This document shows positions 1-8,088 of a stretch of 64,000 nucleotides of DNA, piece after piece (the stretch's first letter is position 1; every line of letters begins with the position of its first letter). Both the position numbers and the translations under genes were made by a program. The notes beneath the pieces are model-generated. The model saw only the letters and a program-made list of their open reading frames with translations, was not told the origin of the DNA and did no database searches. Source of the stretch: Flavobacterium sp. GTDB taxonomy: Bacteria; Bacteroidota; Bacteroidia; Flavobacteriales; Flavobacteriaceae. The stretch is taken from NCBI GenBank assembly GCA_036399435.1, contig DASWND010000162.1:6280-70279 (forward strand). The letters run 5' to 3'.

Positions 1-7
1 TGAACAA

Positions 8-2653
8 ATGCAATTTGAGGATCATTTTTTAAATAATTTTGATGAAGCGAGTCGCCCTTTTATAGCATCGGAATTAGTTTCCTTATATCATTTTGCAAAA
101 GCAGTCGAGATTTTAGCTAAATATTTAATAGAAGGCAAGCCAATTGAACCAGAGGGTCAGATTACCTATCATATTGGTTATTCGAAGGAGTTTGCAATAA
201 AAGCTGAAAATATAAGTCTACAACTATTATTTCAATTTTTTGAAGCATTTTCTTTAAAGCTAATTAGAAATACTATTTGGTATAATACTCGTGGTATCAA
301 TTCGAGGATTTCTAGATTTAATGACTTTATATCTAAAAAAGAAGATCAAGGTATTTTCGAACTGTTATATCCTCAGAAGGAAGCTTTAGGAGAGATTTTT
401 AATCCTGCATATAATGCAGTTGTGGTTAATTTGCCAACGTCAAGTGGTAAAACAATGATTGCGGAGTATAGACTGCTAATGGCACTAAATCAATTTGCTG
501 CTGATGGTGGATGGGTTGCTTATGTAGTGCCGACGCGCGCCTTGGTTAACCAAGTTTACAATCAATTGCATAGAGATTTGTCTCAGATCAATATAAGAGT
601 TGAAAAGGTAAGTGGGGCGTTAGAATTAGATGGTTTCGAAGAAGCATTGATGGAAAGGGATGCAACTAACAGTGCTTTTGATGTATTAGTTACAACATAC
701 GAAAAGCTGCATTTGATGATAAGACAAAAATATGGTACGTCTGAGAATCGTCCCCTAGTTTTGGCAGTGGTTGATGAAGCCCACAATTTGGAAGAAGAAA
801 GTAGAGGTCTCAATCTTGAATTGTTATTATCCACAATCAAAACTGATTGTATTAGGGCAAACTTCCTTCTAATGACCCCTGATGTTATTAACTCACATGA
901 AATTGCACGCTGGTTAGGAGGAGATAGAGGAAAAGAACTTCATTTGAGTTTAAATTGGTGGCAACCAAACGAAAGGGTAATCGGTGCTTTAACTAAAGAG
1001 GGAGGAAGAAGAGTATATGATTTTAAACTGAAAACGCTGCTAACAAATAAGGGTACGTATTTAATAGATGATGATATAGCGCTAGCAGCGTCAACACCCA
1101 CTGATCCTTCCTTCTCAACTTTAAATACTAAAAAGACTTTTGCAAGTACTCTAGCATCAAAAATAATTTGCATCAGAGAACCCTCAGTAATTCTTGCAAA
1201 TAACCCTAGTGATGCATTTGATATCGCCAATGAGATATGCCGTAAAAATAATTATGAATTTGCAGAGGATGAAGATGTTGAACTTGTAAGGAAATTTATT
1301 CATGATGAATTAGGAGATGGATTTTCCCTTTCTGAGTGCTTGAAAAATAGAATTGGGGTACATAGTTCTGCCATTCCAGACGAAATTAAATATTTAGTTG
1401 AAGATCTAATGTCTAAAGGAAAATTGCAGGCTTTAGTTGCGACTACTACTATAGCCCAAGGGATTAATTTTCCAATTTCCTCGGTAATAATGACATCATT
1501 GACATACCCTTACAAAAAAATGCCTGTTAGAGATTTTTGGAATTTGGCAGGAAGAGTTGGGAGAGCGGGGCAAGAATCATTAGGATGGGTAGGAATTATA
1601 TCTAATAGTGATGAAGATTTAATTTCAATCTCCAATTATGTTAAAACCGCTGCGGACGAATTAAAATCACAATTAATTGACATTGTACAAAAAGCTTTAT
1701 CTGATCCGTCTATTGAATTTGAACGATGGCTGTTTAGAGATGTAAGATGGTCTGGATTGCTTCAATATATATCACATTTGTATGTTCAAAGTGATAATCT
1801 TGGAACATTCATATCTAGTTTGGAGCTAAAACTTCAAGATACTTTTGGATATAATAAACTAAATAGTGAGCAGAAGAATTATTTAAAAACAAATCTCCGT
1901 CAATACGCAGAACGGATTTCGACTCGCGACGCAATATTGTCAGATTCAACAGGTTTTTCTACAGTTTCTATCGGAAAATTATGGAGCGGATTGAGAGAAG
2001 CAAATTTGAGTTCAACCGATTGGAAAAAAAACCAATTGTTTTCTCAAAATAATCATAGTTTGCAGAAAATTATTGGAATAATGCTGCAAACGCCAGAGAT
2101 AAGGAGAACAATCGAGCAACTTTCAAATAATGACAACTCCGTAGATAGAAATTCAATTAGCAAAATGATGATTGATTGGGTAAATGGAAGTTCAATTAAT
2201 TATATTGCAGAACGATATTTTTTGCATGAATCTGACCCTAGAAAGAGGATAGAAAAATGTACCAGAGCAATGTATTCACATTTGGCTAATGCAGCCACAT
2301 GGGGTTTAGCTGCAATACAAAAGATGCCTAATAGTGGTACAGACTGGGGAAATTTAAGTGATGTGGAAAAAAAGAAAATGGCGAATCTTCCGGCGTTATT
2401 GCATTACGGTGTAAACACCGATGAAGGAGTTTTGATGAGGAAAAATAACATTCCTCGAAGTATTGCAAAAAAAGTTGGAGATCTCTATAAAATATCCGTT
2501 CAAGGTGATATTTTTGGTCACAGTACAACACAAGTTAACACGTGGTTAAGCTCGCTTGATAATGGTACTTGGGATAATGTACGACCCAAAAGCTCGAAAA
2601 TGTCAGGTCAGGATTATAAAAGAGTATGGGAAAAATTAAATGGATTAAAATAA
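8..2653 (+). CDS. Superfamily-2 DExH helicase, Ski2/Hel308-like, with extra N-terminal (~130 aa) and C-terminal (~330 aa) regions; may continue upstream of the window
   Basis: 881-aa ORF, and the frame is still open at nt 2. Motifs: Q-like LYPQKEAL; Walker A PTSSGKT (nt 434-454); Ia VVPTRAL; DEAH box VVDEAHNL (nt 773-784); RGLNLELLL; V VATTTIAQGINFP; VI GRVGRAG. The C-terminal helical region has an HhH-like stretch (LHYGVNTDEGVLMRKNNIPRSIAKKV). Confidence 0.85.
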   Translation: MQFEDHFLNNFDEASRPFIASELVSLYHFAKAVEILAKYLIEGKPIEPEGQITYHIGYSKEFAIKAENISLQLLFQFFEAFSLKLIRNTIWYNTRGINSRISRFNDFISKKEDQGIFELLYPQKEALGEIFNPAYNAVVVNLPTSSGKTMIAEYRLLMALNQFAADGGWVAYVVPTRALVNQVYNQLHRDLSQINIRVEKVSGALELDGFEEALMERDATNSAFDVLVTTYEKLHLMIRQKYGTSENRPLVLAVVDEAHNLEEESRGLNLELLLSTIKTDCIRANFLLMTPDVINSHEIARWLGGDRGKELHLSLNWWQPNERVIGALTKEGGRRVYDFKLKTLLTNKGTYLIDDDIALAASTPTDPSFSTLNTKKTFASTLASKIICIREPSVILANNPSDAFDIANEICRKNNYEFAEDEDVELVRKFIHDELGDGFSLSECLKNRIGVHSSAIPDEIKYLVEDLMSKGKLQALVATTTIAQGINFPISSVIMTSLTYPYKKMPVRDFWNLAGRVGRAGQESLGWVGIISNSDEDLISISNYVKTAADELKSQLIDIVQKALSDPSIEFERWLFRDVRWSGLLQYISHLYVQSDNLGTFISSLELKLQDTFGYNKLNSEQKNYLKTNLRQYAERISTRDAILSDSTGFSTVSIGKLWSGLREANLSSTDWKKNQLFSQNNHSLQKIIGIMLQTPEIRRTIEQLSNNDNSVDRNSISKMMIDWVNGSSINYIAERYFLHESDPRKRIEKCTRAMYSHLANAATWGLAAIQKMPNSGTDWGNLSDVEKKKMANLPALLHYGVNTDEGVLMRKNNIPRSIAKKVGDLYKISVQGDIFGHSTTQVNTWLSSLDNGTWDNVRPKSSKMSGQDYKRVWEKLNGLK

Positions 2654-2914
2654 AATATAACTCATTGAAGAGCTAAGTTTAAATATAACAAAAAAATTAT
2701 AAGAAAAAAACCAGTTAAAAATATAGAATAGCGTTTGCTATTATTCTTGTTACTAAAATCGCCAGTTTTAATCAACCACAAAGAATAATAAGCAAGCTAA
2801 CGTCATGCGTTGGCTTTGTTTATTATGTGGTAGGTGTCTGGCGATACCGAGTAACTGATAGGCAATTGTCCAACGCTGTTATTTTTAAGTAACTGTAGAC
2901 GTAAAAACTATTAT

Positions 2915-3334
2915 ATGAAAGAATATTTGGAAGTTGTGCAACTAGAATTACACATCACACTCTTTTTAGTAATTTTATTTAATCATCTAAGCGAAAGAGT
3001 TCTCGCTGATAAGGTAAGTCTAAAAATAGACGCAGCATATAGGCACCTAGTTGCTAGTACATTGGAAAGGAGATTGTATAAATATGATAGAGACTTATTT
3101 TATGTACTAATGCTTGTGAGTTCTATTATGCTTGGCTTACAATTCTATTGGTACTTTACACTAATTTATATCGGTGTACTACTGCTTTTCATCTTTATTG
3201 CTCAGATTATTTCACACTTTTGCTTAGGTCGACACATCAGCATAAAATTAGGAACTTTTATTTATTATGCCAGATTACTTAGTCTAATTATTGATCTCTG
3301 GTTGTATTATTTGATCTTTAAAATCATTACATAA
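2915..3334 (+). CDS. Hypothetical small membrane protein (orphan ORF in AT-rich spacer)
   Basis: 139-aa ORF with 3-4 hydrophobic segments (LFYVLMLVSSIMLGLQFYWYFTLIYIGVLLLFIFIAQII). No recognisable motif and no -7 box upstream. It could be spurious. Confidence 0.3.
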   Translation: MKEYLEVVQLELHITLFLVILFNHLSERVLADKVSLKIDAAYRHLVASTLERRLYKYDRDLFYVLMLVSSIMLGLQFYWYFTLIYIGVLLLFIFIAQIISHFCLGRHISIKLGTFIYYARLLSLIIDLWLYYLIFKIIT

Positions 3335-3466
3335 TTCTTAAAAGTTGCCAAGAATCTTGTGTATTTAATTTGGTTTTCGGTTGTTTATATGGATTCAAGT
3401 AAAATTGTTCTACTTCGTGAGAAGGCTAAAGAAGAAGCTAGTGGGGATCTGAACGAGACGGTTGGT

Positions 3467-5473
3467 TCACTGCATCTGTTTTCTTTGGATGCGTACCGCA
3501 TTTAAGATAGCCAAAAGTGCAACACCAACGTCTGCAATAACTGCTTCCCATAAGGTTGCTATTCCGCCAGCACCTAAACCTAAAACCATCAGCTTTACGA
3601 GCATGGCCATGATGATGTTTTGCCACACAATCTGTTTTGTTAGCTTTCCAATCTTAATTGCTGTTACGATTTTGGAAGGCTGATCATTTTGAATTACAAT
3701 GTCGGCAGTTTCAATTGTGGCATCGCTGCCTAATCCACCCATTGCGATTCCGGCATCTGCTAAGGCAACTACAGGTGCATCATTTACGCCATCACCTACA
3801 AAGGCAATATATTTTCCCTGATCTTTTAATGTTTGGACTTTTGATACCTTTCCTTCAGGGAGCAGATCGCCGTAGGCATCGTCTATACCTAACTTTTTAG
3901 CTACTTCGTCAACTACGGATTGCTTGTCGCCGGACAACATAACCGTCTTAATGTTTAGAGCGTGTAGTTCTTTAATTGTGCGAGCTGCATCTTCCTTTAT
4001 CTTATCGGCAATTGTAATATGGCCGTTGTATTTATTATCAACTGCAACTACTACAATTGTGTAAACTATTTTATCAATTTCCGGTGGATATTGGATATTG
4101 AACTTCCTCATTAGCTTTGTATTTCCAGCGAGTACTTCTTTGCCGTCAATTGTTCCTTTGAGGCCGTGACCAGAAATTTCTTCTACACCGGATATTTCAA
4201 CATTCTTAATGGCATCTTTACCCACGTGTTCTATTATGGCTAATCCAATAGGGTGGGTGGATTGGCTTTCGATAGCGGCTGTCCATTTCAGTAGATGTGC
4301 TTCTTCGATATCCTGAGTTATAATTTCTTGAACTTTGAAAACACCCTCAGTTAGTGTTCCTGTTTTATCCATGACAACAACATTGACTTTTGTCATCACG
4401 TCAAGGAAGTTTGATCCTTTAAATAAGATACCGTTACGTGAAGCAAGGCCGATACCTCCAAAATAACCTAATGGAATCGAAACAACTAACGCGCATGGGC
4501 AACTAATGACCAGAAAGACCAATGCTCTGTAAAACCAGACTTCAAACGAATAGGGATCTACGAAGAAGTAGGGTATAAGGCATACTGCGACAGCAAGTGC
4601 AAATACAATCGGCGTATAGACTTTTGCAAACCGGCTGATGAATAATTGTGTCTGTGATTTTCTTGCAGTAGCATCCTGAACCATTTCGAGGATCTTGCTG
4701 AGCTTGCTATCCTGAAATTTGGATGTTACTTTTATATCTGCTACGATATTCAGATTAATCATTCCTGCGTACACTGTTTCGCCTTTCGATTTGTTATCAG
4801 GTTTGCTTTCTCCAGTAAGTGCAGCGGTATTAAAAGAGGCTTTATCTGAAACTAGTTCACCATCGAGCGCTACTTTTTCACCCGGTTTAACTCTTATTAT
4901 TTCGTCAGGCTTTACTTCTTTGGGATCTACTACAATGGTGGTACCACTTCTGACTACTGAGACTTCATCAGGCCTGATGTCCAATAATGCCTTAATACTT
5001 CTTTTTGCACGATTAACTGCTGCATCCTGGAACCATTCACCTATTGAATAAAATGCCATAACAGCAACTCCTTCACTATATGATCCTATTGCAAAAGCAC
5101 CCACAGTCGCGACGCTCATCAGGAAAAACTCGTTGAAGAAATCAAACCGTATGGCTTTTCGCCAAGCCATATATATTACATTAAATCCTGCAAGCAGATA
5201 AGCGATGCTGTAAATAATTAGGTTAGCAGGAAAGGCCGGGATGTAGTCAAAGCCAAATTCCAACGCAAGCATTGTTGTGAGAATCAGAATTGCGAGGAGT
5301 AACTGCCAATGAGATTTCCATCCTGACGACGCTTCATCACCTGGTTCTGCATTTTCTTCGTTGGAGTGAGTTTCTTCATCATTTGCACAGCAGTTATCCG
5401 ACTTACTACTACCTAATTTTATCGCTGTAGGAGTACTAGGGTCGCGAACCTGATCAGTTTTACATTCGCTCAT
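3467..5473 (-). CDS. Heavy-metal translocating P1B-type ATPase, Zn/Cd/Pb-like (ZntA/CadA type)
   Basis: 668 aa. Motifs: SCPCALVVS (CPC in TM6), DKTGTLT phosphorylation site, GDGVNDAP hinge, TGES. The TM8 motif ADVGVALLAILNA (DxG type) is typical of the Zn/Cd subgroup. The N-terminus is Cys/acidic-rich (NCCANDEETH) and lacks an HMA fold. Confidence 0.9.
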   Translation of the reverse strand: MSECKTDQVRDPSTPTAIKLGSSKSDNCCANDEETHSNEENAEPGDEASSGWKSHWQLLLAILILTTMLALEFGFDYIPAFPANLIIYSIAYLLAGFNVIYMAWRKAIRFDFFNEFFLMSVATVGAFAIGSYSEGVAVMAFYSIGEWFQDAAVNRAKRSIKALLDIRPDEVSVVRSGTTIVVDPKEVKPDEIIRVKPGEKVALDGELVSDKASFNTAALTGESKPDNKSKGETVYAGMINLNIVADIKVTSKFQDSKLSKILEMVQDATARKSQTQLFISRFAKVYTPIVFALAVAVCLIPYFFVDPYSFEVWFYRALVFLVISCPCALVVSIPLGYFGGIGLASRNGILFKGSNFLDVMTKVNVVVMDKTGTLTEGVFKVQEIITQDIEEAHLLKWTAAIESQSTHPIGLAIIEHVGKDAIKNVEISGVEEISGHGLKGTIDGKEVLAGNTKLMRKFNIQYPPEIDKIVYTIVVVAVDNKYNGHITIADKIKEDAARTIKELHALNIKTVMLSGDKQSVVDEVAKKLGIDDAYGDLLPEGKVSKVQTLKDQGKYIAFVGDGVNDAPVVALADAGIAMGGLGSDATIETADIVIQNDQPSKIVTAIKIGKLTKQIVWQNIIMAMLVKLMVLGLGAGGIATLWEAVIADVGVALLAILNAVRIQRKQMQ

Positions 5474-5474
5474 A

Positions 5475-6089
5475 TTATTTTTTTTTAAAGCCGCAGAATT
5501 GGAAATTTTGAACTGTATCGAATGGTGTTATATGATTTTCAGTAAAACATTCAACTGGTTCAAATTTATGGCTGAACATACTCTTCATAGTGGCCGCTGA
5601 ATAGTGTCTAATTTCTAAGCCGCTGCATTTTAACGGTCCATTTTCTGAAAATGTCCCCAGCAGGAAATGACCGCCAGTTGCAATGGCTCTAGTAATTATT
5701 GCGAGATAGCTTTCAATTTTATTATTGGCCGTCAGGAAGTGAAATGCGGCGCGGTCATGCCAGAAGTCAAATTGAACAGTCGTGTTAAATTCAGTTATGT
5801 CTGAGACAACCCAATGAACTAGTTTTGCTTTATTGCCTATGCGTTTCTTTGCTCTTTCTAAAGCAAATTCAGAAATGTCTAAAACCCATATGTTTTCATA
5901 GCCTTCCTCCAGTAAAGCATCTACTAGATTACTATCTCCACCACCGACATCAATAATATTTGCTGTTTTCGGCAGACATAGATTCTTTAAGTACTTCATA
6001 GAAGTATGTGGATATTGTTGTGTCCAGCTTACCTCGTTAGGTGCTTTTGTGGCAAATACGTTTTCCCAATGAGATTTTTGTGATTCCAT
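5475..6089 (-). CDS. Class I SAM-dependent methyltransferase, translationally coupled to the P1B ATPase
   Basis: 204 aa. It has the SAM-binding motif I IIDVGGGDSNLVDALLEEGY and a WHDRAAFHFL motif. Its stop codon is 1 nt from the ATPase ATG (TAATATG junction at 5471-5477). Confidence 0.8.
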   Translation of the reverse strand: MESQKSHWENVFATKAPNEVSWTQQYPHTSMKYLKNLCLPKTANIIDVGGGDSNLVDALLEEGYENIWVLDISEFALERAKKRIGNKAKLVHWVVSDITEFNTTVQFDFWHDRAAFHFLTANNKIESYLAIITRAIATGGHFLLGTFSENGPLKCSGLEIRHYSAATMKSMFSHKFEPVECFTENHITPFDTVQNFQFCGFKKK

Positions 6090-6122
6090 GATTTAAGTTA
6101 GCATTAATAAATAGTGATTTTA

Positions 6123-6147
6123 CTGGTTGCAATAAAATTGCAACCAG
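6123..6147 (-). terminator. Perfect 10-bp hairpin between DUF3703 and the methyltransferase gene (possible internal attenuator/terminator or RNA-stability element)
   Basis: ctggttgcaa-taaaa-ttgcaaccag. The downstream sequence on the minus strand is A/U-rich, but there is no clean U-run. Confidence 0.35.
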
Positions 6148-6158
6148 ATGAAGCTGAG

Positions 6159-6523
6159 CTAAGAATGTCTCTCAAGTATAACTTGTAAGTCAGTGGGGAT
6201 TTTCATCGATTTTAATGGAGGAACATTTGCGCCGCCGGTGTTTCCTGTTGGAATTACGCCAACGAATGACTTTAGGCCACCAAAAATTAATCGTGAAATT
6301 TGGCCAAAGATTTCCTTTACGTTTTTAATGTAAATCCCAAAGAGCAACATCTTCAGTGTACTAGAGTATGCTGGTATGGATATTTTTGTCCAATAATATG
6401 CGCCCGTTCGTAATGATGCCATGAAATGGAAAATTCTCTTGCTAATAGCGAGTTATGAGCAAGTTCAATCTCCGTTTTGAAAAATGGCAATAAAGTGGTA
6501 GGCATTACCGTGTAGAAGTGCAT
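6159..6523 (-). pseudogene. DUF3703 family gene interrupted by a 1-nt frameshift
   Basis: Two overlapping ORFs (6353..6595 and 6159..6422) together spell one DUF3703-like protein. The upstream part reads ...HHYERAHIIGQKYPYQHTLVH*. The downstream part reads KMLLFGIYIKNVKEIFGQISRLIFGG...IPTGNTGGANVPPLKSMKIPTDL. Adding one base at ~6354 (cac tga ag -> cac tgG aag) restores a 121-aa frame. The likely start is the ATG at 6523, in a TAATATG junction with the upstream gene. Confidence 0.7.
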
Positions 6524-6524
6524 A

Positions 6525-6884
6525 TTAAGAAGGTTTACAACATTCGTCAAGCTTTGCGTATCCTGCCGGATCAGCTTTAATCTCATCAGCATCATAACCT
6601 AATTTACTAATCGCTGTTTTAATTTCAGGTAGTGACGTTTTCTTTGTGTTGTAGATTACTTCAATGGTGGCTTCTTTTTCGTTCAGTGTAATCATCTGTA
6701 TGCCGCTCGTCTTTAAAAGGGTTTGTTCGAGTAGGCCTCCACATGTTTCGCATTGCTTGCAGTGGTCACAGGTGATGGTTGTTTTAATTAATGCTTTTGA
6801 AACGGTTTGTTGTTTTTGAACCGTGCAACTTGAGATTACGAATACCGCCGCAATCATAGTCATTGTTTTAAATAGTGTTTTCAT
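6525..6884 (-). CDS. Heavy-metal-associated (HMA-like) domain lipoprotein
   Basis: 119 aa. It has a lipoprotein signal (MIAAVFVISSC), a Cys cluster CDHCKQCETCGG followed by an HMA-like beta-alpha-beta pattern, and a C-terminal CC pair (DECCKPS). Confidence 0.75.
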   Translation of the reverse strand: MKTLFKTMTMIAAVFVISSCTVQKQQTVSKALIKTTITCDHCKQCETCGGLLEQTLLKTSGIQMITLNEKEATIEVIYNTKKTSLPEIKTAISKLGYDADEIKADPAGYAKLDECCKPS

Positions 6885-6903
6885 TTACATTGAAGGTTAA
6901 GGG

Positions 6904-8088
6904 TTACAATTTGTATTTATATAATTCTGCAATCGTATCGTGGTATTGCATTTCTGTTTCAAGGAAGTTGTCAAGCGCAGTATAATAATAAGTAATTTCC
7001 ATAAAGTATTCCACCGAGGAGATTTGTCCTAGAGCAAATGCTTTGGCAAGCAAAGTTTTATTGCGTGCAGCGCTATCAAAGTTAGCAACTCGATACGCGT
7101 CCATTGTGACTTTAAGGTTCAAGTAATGTTCATAAAGGTGCTTAATGTGGTAGAAATGTTCATTGACATGCGCATCAATTTCCATTTCAGTAGCTATGAT
7201 TTGTGAGCGATTTTGTTTTATCACATTCCTGTTCTCCCAAAGGGGGATGGAAATTCCTGTATGCACACCTTGGTAGGTTTGTCCAAGTATTCCCTGATAA
7301 TGGTATCCAACTTCCATTTTTGGAAGGGCTAAAGCTTTACTGACCGCAAGCTGATTTTCGGCAATTACCTTTTCCTGATCAAGTGATTTTCGCAACGCGT
7401 CATTGTCTTCATACTCTTTTTCTAAAATTTCAAATTCAGGTATTTCTGGAATGTAAGGATAAATTGTATCATTAAATATAATAGGGTCACCACCATTTAG
7501 TTCAGTCAATTTTTGATTGAGCTGATTGATTAAAGATATATTTCGCTGGAAGCTATTTGTGATCTCAATAACCTGTAGGTGCGCTTTATTGACATCGAGA
7601 ATGTTTGCATCTCCTTTGTCGAGCCGAGATTGATAATTATTGGAGAGTTTTTCTGCAGCTTTTTTTCGTTGCAGTAGTTGTGACTGCAGTTTGTTGTGGA
7701 AAATTAGCCTGATACAAGCTTTTTTAGCTTCCAACAAGATATCCTGCCTTTTCACCTGTAGTTGAAGCGCTACCTGAGACGATTGCTGATCTACCAGCTG
7801 ACGTTTTTTAGCATACGCCGTTGGAAAGTCAAATTGCTGCGAAACAGTGAAGTCGGTTTGGTTTCCTGCGTTGGCAGGACTACCTTTTAAATAATCGAAT
7901 TCAACAACAGGATTAGCCAAGTTAAGCCCTGTGGTGAACTGTAATTTCTGCGCATCACCTGCGGCGGCATTTGCCAAAATCGTTTTATTGTTTTTTGAAA
8001 TCTCAGCCAGTGTGGTTTCCATATTTGATTGCGCTTGCAACAGCGTTACGGAAAACAGCATTAGTGTTATTAGCAACTTATTTATCAT
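6904..8088 (-). CDS. TolC-family outer-membrane efflux protein (CzcC/CusC-like)
   Basis: 394 aa with a signal peptide and two-repeat coiled-coil/beta architecture. It overlaps the stop of the RND pump gene by 11 nt. Confidence 0.8.
   Translation of the reverse strand: MINKLLITLMLFSVTLLQAQSNMETTLAEISKNNKTILANAAAGDAQKLQFTTGLNLANPVVEFDYLKGSPANAGNQTDFTVSQQFDFPTAYAKKRQLVDQQSSQVALQLQVKRQDILLEAKKACIRLIFHNKLQSQLLQRKKAAEKLSNNYQSRLDKGDANILDVNKAHLQVIEITNSFQRNISLINQLNQKLTELNGGDPIIFNDTIYPYIPEIPEFEILEKEYEDNDALRKSLDQEKVIAENQLAVSKALALPKMEVGYHYQGILGQTYQGVHTGISIPLWENRNVIKQNRSQIIATEMEIDAHVNEHFYHIKHLYEHYLNLKVTMDAYRVANFDSAARNKTLLAKAFALGQISSVEYFMEITYYYTALDNFLETEMQYHDTIAELYKYKL

Noticed and set aside
6159-6595. 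Two separate small genes (6353-6595 and 6159-6422) as listed in the ORF track.
   Set aside because: Together they spell one contiguous DUF3703 signature across a 1-nt frame change. The first 24 codons of the upstream ORF overlap the preceding gene. I treat them as a single frameshifted gene starting at 6523.
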